From contig NC_047064.1 of the NCBI RefSeq assembly GCF_902459465.1, positions 13,640,001 through 13,704,000 of the forward strand: a stretch of 64,000 nt of DNA, given 5' to 3'. Source of the stretch: Asterias rubens. Lineage: Eukaryota. Position 1 is the first letter of the stretch. Each line of letters opens with the position of its first letter. The translations under genes were made by a program, and so were the position numbers. The notes below the pieces were generated by a model that worked only from the letters and a program-made list of their open reading frames with translations, was not told where the DNA came from and did no database searches. Shown here piece after piece: positions 10,401 through 20,000 of the stretch.

Positions 10401-13400
10401 AAATCTCTCTCACGTCAAGGGTATTAAGGTGAATGGGTTTCTTTTGACTCTTCAAAATCTATGCTTTCTTTTTTTTCTCTTCATGTCCGCACCTCAAGTG
10501 TTCTTTTTGTTATGTTATTTAGGCGACTTCCAATAAAAACAAATTATCCAACAACAAAAATTAATAATTTTGTGTTGAACAAAAAGAGGGGAAACAGCGG
10601 GTCGGGATTTGAACCCTCGATCTTCGGAAGCGTGCCGGTGCCATAGGGGATTCCACTACGAACATTTTTTATGTCCGACTTTTGGAGAACATGTGCTGAA
10701 GGGAAGGAGATTGATTTAAAAGAAGACACTATCACTACACGTATTTCTTTACATTAGACCGCATCACAATTAATACTCAGTACGTGCACGTAAGGCGTGG
10801 TTTGATGTGCTCGGCACGCACCTCAATCGAGCACGATGCTGGTCCATCGCGCACAAAATCGGGTACACCCCTTTGTTCCATGATTTCTATGTTTTGACAC
10901 CCCGGGCACCCCCATAGTGTTGTTGTATTTCAACACAAACTCAAGCGTGTAAATCATCAGCAATTTTTTCGGAAAAAGATCGTATATGAACATTGCGGCG
11001 ATATATAGAATTCGGAATGTACTACCCTTATTGAACTAATTCTTCAACATTTTGCGTAGCGGCGATTATTAAAAGAAAATGGAATTCGGGCTTTCTTTCC
11101 CTTTAAAAAATAACCCTTTTCGATGGGAACATTTGCAGAGCGGCGATGTTTACTAAAACATGGAATTCGGGCTTTCTTTCCCTTTTTGAAATAGGCCCCT
11201 AATCCTTCATTGGGTGACACAGGGCGATATTTATAGTCACCTGGAAGTGGAATTTTTTTTAAATAAAGCTTTTGTCACTAAAATATGTGTTTTTATGAGA
11301 GGAATGTGAATAAAAAGTTAACTAAGGTCTAAAAATATTAGTTTTGATTGTATTTACAAATTTACGAGTAGGCCCCGACCCGAGAGGGCGCTGTTCGTGA
11401 CGTAATTCAAGGCGCGATATTTGAAGAGAAAATTTGTAGTCAGGCCCCCGTACTCTACGTCTGGGAACATGGCACATCAAAACAAATTCAGACACGATTT
11501 TACACACATACGTATATTGAAACTTGAACATGTTGAACGCCTAGTGGTTTTTACAAAAGCTATTGCTGCTATTTTTATTTAACTATGCGACTTTTTAGTG
11601 ACCAAATGGGTTGTAAGATGTGGGTCTGCCTACGTATTATTACAGAAATACGGCCACGGAGCAGACTGCACGCACGCACTATGGCTGCTGTATAATGTGC
11701 GGACGGTCACATAGGACCTGCACGCACGGTGAATCGCATGCGGTACCAACAAAAAATCGTGTCACTTGGCAAAAGCTAAAAACATACCCTCAAAGTTCAA
11801 AGTTCTCCTCTGGGTTCGTCACGTATTTCAGATACCTTCTTCGACTTCCCACTAGCTGGAAAAATTGTTGGGACGGCGTCGTAATTAAGAATGGCTCTTC
11901 TCGTCATGTCAAAATGAGTGGTGTATCCCGGATTCGAAGCACGACGGCTCGAAGTGTTCGCTGCATAGCGCTGAAAAAGACGTCGGACCGGACCACTTTG
12001 CTCTAGTTAAGCTGACTTTGGCAGCCCACAACCGCCTATACTTGGGATCTGCAGGAAACAGATGAAGACTGACCCCATCTTAAGTTGTTTTGCTGCATTC
12101 AGCAGCAATACACCTGGTCGGCATTGCCGGGAAAATGCCAGAAAAAACTTTTTTCGCAGCCTACAAACTCACGTCTTAGAATTACATGTACTTTTGCACG
12201 TGTGTTTATCTACGCATCGAGGGGGGTCTATGTTTGATCGAGGCAAAGTCTTCCTTTTCCTACGTCACAAAAGGGGTAGGCGGAGTCAAACCCCCAAGCA
12301 CTTAATTAATTTTTTAACATATAAATCGTGACAAAAAATTACTAAAAAAATTGTTTTATTGTTAATAAACATATACTCTTATGTTTAAAAGAAAAAATTC
12401 CTATTTCCAGGTGCCTTTATAATTAATACATGGAATTCGGGCTTGCTTTCCCTTTTGATAGAATCCTTCAATGGGAGTATTTGCACATGGCGATATACAT
12501 GGCATTATGGCTTTCTTTCCCCCCTCTAAAAATAATCCTCCAACAGGGGACATTTTCATAGCGGCGTAAGAACAATGGAATTCAGATTTTCTTTCCCTTT
12601 TGAAAAAATCCTTTAATGGGAAAAATTTGCATAGCATAATATTTATTAATACATGGAATTCGGGCTTTCTTACACTTTTTTCAAATATTACAGGCCTTGC
12701 GGCGATATTTATTAATATGTGGAATTCGGGCTTTCTTTCCCTTAATTGAAATAATCATTCAATGGGGGACACTGCATTTGCATCTTTTTATTTACTTGAT
12801 ACATGGAATTCGGGCTTTCTTTCCCTTTATTGGGACATTGTCGGCGATTGTTTGGTATTATAGGAGCCGATATGCCTGTTTTGAAAGATCAGGATCAGAG
12901 GTTTGGCAGTTAAAACGAACAAACGACGTATGCGTAGAAATTACAGGATGTATATGCCATCACAAACGAACAAGCATACACTATAGATCGACCGTCTTCC
13001 ATGCTAACACACAGCACACTACTTAGTGCGATTGTGCGATCGACCGTAGACTTGATTTCAATTCTTAGATCGCAGTTATTCTTCTCCATATCAGCCACGA
13101 AAAACGCTCCCACATCACGCGCCTCGCCTGAACGTCCGACGTCATACTTTGAGGCTCATGAATAACGCCAGAGACCGGCATCCAAAACCGGCGTGTAGAT
13201 TCACCTTTGACCTCTGTCATTTCACATGCATTTCCACGTACAATACTATACATGTACATAGCGCTATACAGCACAGTGCATGTCATGTAACATACACAGT
13301 GTACAAGTGCGATCACTAGACCGTGACTGAGTAGCTGTAGCCGGCTAGCAAAGTGCCCCTTGAAACCAGGACCGTGTTTACATAGGCCATTAGGCCTCCC

Positions 13401-15304
13401 TAGTTGGTTAACGCTAGACATACATGACATAATCTATTACTCTAGGATCTATGTATAGCGTTAACCAAACAGGTACATGTACATGATTAACTGGCTAAAC
13501 ACTACATGTAGGCCAAATGCACTGGTGGTCGGGTAAGAGGCCCAGTAGGTATCTAGCATGAAACGCTACCTAAGCGAACGTAGGATAAAAAAAAACCAAT
13601 TAAATTTCCATGGAGATACGAACTCGCAGGTATCAGTGATGTAAGCGCGACTGATGACCACTAGGCCATGAGGCCCAATGCATAATACGAGGGTTAACAT
13701 GTATTTGTATCAACAGAGGGGATTATAATCCGGCGAATTAATTCTCGTGTCATGATTTTGCAAACATTGTCACTAAATATGAACTGCTAACGCCTTTAAC
13801 TATGAAGTAGGGTTAAAATGTAGTATAAGATGCCTTTAGGGGTTTTTGACGATGACGTTGTCGTCGTCAAAAACCCCTATTCAATTACGCACGTTCGTCC
13901 ACGGAGGACGCCACCTCGGAGTCTAAATTTGACATTTTTTCACTCATTTCTCAAAAACTACAACACCACAGCAAGTAATATTTTAAGGGAAGCTTTCAAC
14001 TGTCATTATCTTCAAACTGTTTAAGTTTAGTGTAATTCTGTGGACACCATGGTATGTCGTCGTCGTCAAAAACCCCTATTTATATACGCACGTTCGTTAA
14101 ACGAAAACCCTAAGCCTTCGTGTACAAAGCATATTTGTCCACAAAGCATATTTGTCCAGAACTCGGTTATGAAACGAAGAAACAGAGACTGCGCTGTGGT
14201 CCAGAACGTATGTAGAAAAACAAGAAAAAGAGACTTGAGTAGACTCCTCTCAAGAAGTCACAACTCATGATAGGTACATACTGAATTGCATTTACCATAG
14301 AGAATGTTTAACAATAACATGGAAGTGACTGCATCCAGTTATGTTCAAACGCCTAGACTCATCTCAAGAAGTCACAACTCATGATAGGAACAAACTGTAT
14401 GGCATTTACCAAAGAGAATATTTAACAATAACATGGAAGTGACTGCATCCAGTTATATTCAAATGAAGATTATGTGGCTAATTAATGAAGATTTTTAATT
14501 TTGTTTACATTTAGAGGTAAGCTTATGTTCTAAGCTTCAATTTGGTATATGATTTCACTCTTTTGAAGTTATGGTCTAGGAGATTAGGTTTAAAGAAAAA
14601 AACGTGTGCAATTGCTATGGGTTTTAGGCAGAAACAAAGATCTCGACAGAAACAATACCTGTTCCGACTGTAGGTCGGAACAGCTAAAAACAATTCTGCA
14701 ATAAAAAATGAATGAAATTGAGTGAGCACATGTATTTAATAACAGAAGTTACATCCTTATCCCTGGAAAGGTATAAATTTATCAAAATGTATTTTCAAAC
14801 ACAAGTGATAAGTCAGAAATAAACAATTTTGTTTTCTTTCTCAGTCATGGCAAAGCCCCTGCGATGCACCCCTCTCAGCCAGTTTTTCTGATTGCTCCTA
14901 ACGTAAAGTCCTCATTCTGGGGCCCATATTGCCCTTTATTAGAGTAAATACCAAACAGTGTAATTGCGCAGTCGCCGGTGTAAAGCTCCGGACAATGCAT
15001 GCAATGGGCAGATCGTCTGTCATTCATCGGAGCCATTGATGAATGGAGTTTTATAGGGCCAGTTACTTTACCAAGGCAATTTCAGTGCAGCAAACGTTAT
15101 ACGTTCGCTTATGTAGCGTTTCATGCTAGATACCTAGTGGTACATTCTACACCACAAACTCAATGGAGGTATAGTCAATTTACCTGCAGCGGCTTTCACC
15201 GTCCATGATCCGTCACTGGCCCAGCAGTAGTTGGCAGCATACGCCGTGACAAACCCAGACAACATTACCCAAACCAAACACCGAAACTTCCATGTTACCG
15301 CCAT
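4467..15304 (-). CDS. GHDC: GH3 domain-containing protein, paralog A (630 aa, 7 coding exons)
   Basis: Exons (minus) 15184-15304, 9283-10299, 8602-8737, 7711-7875, 5705-5853, 5062-5147, 4467-4685. All GT-AG, phases compatible, total 1893 nt. Motifs FGTSSGTTGKGK, SGYGCTEG, GFYRYRMGD, NQFKMPRK. The symbol denotes the family (GHDC-like); one-to-one orthology is not established. Confidence 0.9.
4733..4782. repeat. 25-bp tandem duplication in the last intron of paralog A
   Basis: tatttgtcataaataaaggtttggc x2. Confidence 0.85.
5240..5604. mobile_element. Foldback (near fully palindromic) Kolobok-like MITE, family K2
   Basis: Starts ttaaaggaacacgttgccttggatcggtcgagttggtc. Arms mirror around gggagagtcaaaaatttgactccc. 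Right end truncated. Copies at 27881-28095 and 48185-48576. Confidence 0.8.
6371..6605. mobile_element. MITE with cccaatttcat...atgaaattggg TIRs
   Basis: Terminal inverted repeat shared with the element at 57208-57443. Confidence 0.6.
7085..7463. mobile_element. hAT-type MITE (379 bp) with perfect 8-bp TSD
   Basis: TIR caacggcgcaccca / tgggtgcgccgttg. CAGAGACT duplicated at 7077-7084 and 7464-7471. Internal poly-G and poly-C tracts. Confidence 0.85.
7904..8200. mobile_element. MITE (297 bp) with about 32-bp TIRs in intron 3 of paralog A
   Basis: catggaggaaggaagagaaggagctcgaacga / tcgttcgagctccttctcttccttcatccatg, flanked by duplicated gtctaat (7897-7903, 8201-8207). Confidence 0.8.
8318..8460. 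mobile_element. Short palindromic MITE, family P (ggtggcagcagacttacc...ggtaagtctgctgccacc)
   Basis: About 140-bp hairpin element. Further copies at 19977-20125, 27424-27570, 42500-42658 and 61530-61658. Confidence 0.75.
10995..12850. repeat. Degenerate minisatellite (about 70-85 bp unit) split by a transposon insertion
   Basis: Core atggaattcgggctttctttccc at about 11079, 11160, 12430, 12507, 12576, 12652, 12718 and 12801. Units also share gcggcgatattt and aatcctt.aatggg. Confidence 0.8.
11235..12416. mobile_element. Kolobok-like non-autonomous element, family K3 (1182 bp), TTAT target duplication
   Basis: TIR agtcacctggaa / ttccaggtgcct with TTAT on both sides. Both ends are homologous to the TTAA-flanked element at 28386-28968. 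Confidence 0.8.
14241..14463. repeat. Tandem duplication, 2 x about 114 bp
   Basis: agactc.tctcaagaagtcacaactcatgatagg...aacatggaagtgactgcatccagttat x2. Confidence 0.85.
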
Positions 15305-16179
15305 TTTTGTAGTCGTCTTATATATATTGGTTGACGACCTGCAACTGTGGAGACAAAATGAACCTCAATGTTCGTTTCAATGCACTTTTACAAACAAGCG
15401 CTCGTAAATGCTGATGGTATAACAATGCACAATCCATCAAACAACTGACGTCACTCTTCAAGTCACCGGTTACATTAAGCATTGTTATACCTCGGTAACA
15501 AATTGTGAAGATTGATTGGTCGAGAACCTATGACGTAATGTGACAAAAATAAACAAGTATCTCGGCTATTGTACATGCGTTTTTGTTTACATGTGAACAT
15601 AACCTCGATCGTTCCCACCGTTGGTCCATTTCCAACGCATTTTGTACGAAACATCTGCGGGTTCGAGGGAACAGTGAAGACATTTTTTTGTACTAAATAT
15701 CAAACAAAAACAATTACTGTTCGTCTGCTTATTAAACTATGCAAACTCCGTCGTAATAATGTTTGAAGATTACAACAGAACTTAGGCGCCCTTTCCCCCT
15801 CGGGTGTACAAAACGGATGGACCCATTCACAGCGTGCAACAATATTGTGCAATGTCCAACCTTCGAAACCGCTAAGTCGTGCCATTGTACGTTTGACCTT
15901 TCATGCTATATCCTCGATTACGCCGCAGCCAAAAGACTGTTTACTTTTTCAACCTTTGGTTAATGATTAATAAAATATACCGAGCATTCCAGACTGTTTG
16001 TTGATTGCTTATTACACATATTTTTTGGGGGGGTTACAAACTTCCGGGTCAGAAATACCCGATTCTGGGTTCCGTGTCCTGGCCACCCGGGTCAGGCTGA
16101 CCAGGAAAAGGTAACTGTTGCGACACCCGCTGCCAAAACATAGGATTCGAACTGCCTTTAGCTACCGGGCAATTTTGGT

Positions 16180-16370
16180 AGTCTAGTTGGTAAGACACTG
16201 CTCTAGAATTACAACGGTCGTGGGTTCGAATTCCACCCGAGTAATCTACCTGTGATATTTTTTCACAAGACTCGGGAAAGTACTGAGTAAACACTGCTAG
16301 CACACATGGGGTGTATGGGTAAAACAAAACAAAATTAGTATCCTTATCCCCGAGGCAAACTTAACATCGA
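16180..16370 (+). mobile_element. tRNA-derived SINE fragment
   Basis: A-box-like ggtagtctagttggtaagac and B-box gggttcgaattcc, followed by a non-tRNA body. Confidence 0.6.
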
Positions 16371-17057
16371 TTACAGGAAAAAGTAGTTGAAAGCTGGATT
16401 TTAACTCAAATTTTGCGTCAATGATTTGACCCATTGTGATGACACAGAGTTCCGGTTGAAACTAACCCCAGAGTGGGCAGGCCCCACGGAACCCAGATCC
16501 GGCGTGGCATGAGATTCTGTCCCCCAGAGATTATGTCCCGTAAATGGCAAACTGTGTCCAAACTTCTTCTGATAGCGACTTTTTTTATTTTATTTTAAAT
16601 CCTCCTCCTCCAACCCATGTTAGTTTTCCATATGGGGGATGGACAGAGTCTCCGGTGTGGCAGGAGATTCTGTTGGTGTGGGTTGCGTCTAATTTTAGGT
16701 TTATTATTATCATACCTCTCTCGACAACGGTTGATTGTGTGCAGACAATGAATAAAAGAGAATGGTTTTTGTATAGCATTGTGTGGACCTCTATTGAGTG
16801 TATGGCATGCAAGGTCATGCTCAAACGTACACACTAACCAAACGCATCTAGTAGGCTATATGGCATTGATGATTACTAGCCTCAACAAGTGACGTTAAAG
16901 CTTCATAATGCAATGCGCCTTCGGTTCAGCAAATACCTTCACATGTTCGCGACATTTATCCGATAAATCTATCCAATATTCATAGGTTGATTTTGTCTCC
17001 GTCCGGACGGGTTCTTGCACGGTTGCAGGTCGGCCAATAAGGGGACTTGTGGCAGTA

Positions 17058-20000
17058 ATGGCGGTAACATGGAAGTTTCGCTGTTTGGTTTGGGTAATGT
17101 TGTCTGGGTTTGTCACGGCGTATGCTGCCAACTTCTGCTGGGCCAGTGACGGATCATGGACGGTGAAAGCTGCTGCAGGTAAATTCATTTCATATGATTT
17201 GAAGAATGAGTTTGTTATTGTTGGAAAGAAGTCTCTGTCATAGCGTTCAACCGCGTAACAAGCTCATGAGTTATCAAAATGTGTGAAGTTCGTTCTTTGA
17301 TATTGTATAAATTTTCCTGGTGTAAGTTTTTCCCACAGATATTATGTTTTAGGCGTAAAAAATGACAAGAAGACAACAATTATGGACAGTATAAAGACTT
17401 AATTTTGCAGTAATGTACTTATTATTTGAAGTTAACAAAATAGGTACACCGCCAACTATAACTTTAGATGGCTCGGTTTGTACATCACCGATGTTGCAGG
17501 AGATTTTGCCCCCCCCCCCTCCCCATCATACGGGCGGCGAATGGTCAAATTCAGAGCCGTATATTAGGAGAGTTTCAAACACTTGCGATTAGAAGCCATT
17601 TTGTTCCTCAAGAAACGCATGGGCGAACACGGGGTGCCAGACTAGTCTGCCCATTGGGTTGTGCTGCGTTTGGAGACAACATGGCGCCCAGCAACCACGT
17701 GACCAAAGAAAAGTGGTCCCACCATTTCACAACTCTCTCAATACACAGCTCGGGTCAAATTGTAATGGTAGCGCCCTCGGATGAATCAACTTCCTATAGC
17801 CCATTTAAGACGGGGTGGGGTCTCTATTAAAAGACACCGGCATTCTAATATTGTTATGGAAGTCTCAAAGAAGTCACAAGGCACAAAAGCCATTGGGAAA
17901 GGTGAGACAGAAAATGAGAACATAATGGAAGCATAATTTGTTCCTTACGCTGGAAATGAGGGAGATTATGGGCAGCAGCAGGGGAACATGATGCACGCAG
18001 GGAATTCCGGAGTGAAGTTATTATACTGTTTTCTTTTACTTTCTCCCAGGGATCTTGGCTGGTTTGTGCGGATTGTCAACTGTGATAGCTCTTCACATCT
18101 CAACTTTACGCTGTTCCGAGACCCACACCCTAGCGACTCTATTGGCCCAGTATTTGATAATGCAGGTTTTCGATCTCATAGCTCCTTCAGTTTACAGAAA
18201 CTTAAAAAAAGTCTGGAAGTATCCAAGGAAGGAGCAAGATAATTTTCTTTTGAAGCTGCTTGCCCGTGATGCGAAGACGGAGTACGGCATGACACACGGC
18301 TTCAGCGACATCAAATCTCTTCAAGAGTTCCGTGAGAAGCATCCACTCACCAAGTATGAGCACTATCGAGATTACTTCACCAGGCTGGCAGACGGGGAAA
18401 AGAACGTCTGCGTTGCGGCAACACTGGAGCGATTTGGAACTTCGTCTGGCACAACAGGAAAGGGCAAGCTTATTCCGATGGTCACTTCAAGTCATTTTCA
18501 GAAAGCAAACACGGTTCTTTCAAGATTACTCTATTCTCCAGACCCAGTGCAGAAGGTGGCTATTCTTTACTCAAAGCCCGCGGAGAAGTTTACGAAATCT
18601 GGCGCACGTATTGCGCCATTGGTGTTTTTTCCCGACAGTACCATCTCAAACTTCTTTATGTCCGCTGTCCAGAACACGCCGCCCAGTGGCTTCCAGATTT
18701 CCTCCGACTTCGAAGCCACTTACGTCAATATGCTGTTCGCTCTCACGGACAAAAATATGGGGCAGTTTTTTGCGCCTTTTGCCTCGCAAGTCTACAGAGG
18801 ATTGAAAATGCTGGAAGACGATCGGGAGATGTTTCTAGAGGATCTGACTGAAGGAAGGGTCAACCCGAAGATACAACTAGATGAGGGAATTCGACGGTCT
18901 CTGGATGCAGCTTTGACGGCAGACCCAGCTCGAGCAGACGAGCTGAGGAGGGAGTTTGCAAAAGGCTTCGTGGGCATCATGGCTAGAATCTGGCCTCATC
19001 TTGTCCACATGTCGACTATCGACATCTCTGGGTACATGAAGAACCTTGAGGCAAGATACTCAAAAGGTAAAGAAACTAACAGAAGTCCTTTTCAATATTA
19101 GCTTTAGACATTTTTTTACGCGAAGTTCATTTCACATTTAATGTGTAAAACGCCATTGGTTTTCATCTTCTGTTTTGCATGCCTCTTCAAATACAGGTCA
19201 TAAGCTGGACAGATGTAATTGGTTGACAAAACTCTCTTCAGATAATTATACGTCAGTGCATTGAAAAAAATCAGATTGGTTGACACAACTCACTATTAAT
19301 ATACGTATATGTGGGCTGGCAATATCTGATTGGTTGATAAAAATCTCTTCAGCTTCAGTGGATTGGCAAGATCTTGATGGTTGGCAAAGCTCTCTTTACG
19401 TCATTTGCTCGCAATATCTAATTGGTTCACAAAACTCTCTTTAAATATACGTCAATGGGTTGGCAAGATCAAGTCGGTTGGTCCGTGACAAACGAGCCCA
19501 CGAAGTGAGAACAATTCTCCTTCAACTTGCGATCGCCCCCCTGGCGTCAACATACATATTCTTTCAAAGGAGTTTTAATGAGATGAGTCGTACAAGAAAT
19601 GAAGAAGAAGTGAAGTTTGAGACTGGTTTACTGTTTATAATAAACGACTTTTCCCTGTTTGTTTTCTGCTATAACATCATGTTACGCATGTTATCTTCAC
19701 TGCAGGTGTCCCACTATACACGTCAGGCTATGGGTGCACAGAGGGACTGATTGGCTTGAATGCATGGAAGGATAAGACACCACAGCAGTATACGTTCCTC
19801 CCTAATGACATGCTGATTGAGTTAATCCCAGAACATCTGAGGTAGGTCTGAAACAGCCCCACCAAAGGAGATTCCCCCGAAGAAGTGATAAAGTTTGGAA
19901 CAAAATGTGATTTTGAACACTGGTTATAAAGGCCCATTGAAAGGTGGCAATACCACCAATTGCAAATTAATAATTGTACTGTGGGACTTTGAGGGGGTGG

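Noticed and set aside
11620-12331. Possible transposase ORFs inside the 1.2-kb K3 element
   Set aside because: Short ORFs with no DDE or other recognisable motif, so the element appears non-autonomous.
10995-12850. CRISPR-like array of 23-bp repeats with spacers
   Set aside because: The spacers are homologous to each other, the repeats are degenerate and unevenly spaced, there are no cas genes, and the context is spliceosomal-intron eukaryotic DNA. It is a minisatellite.
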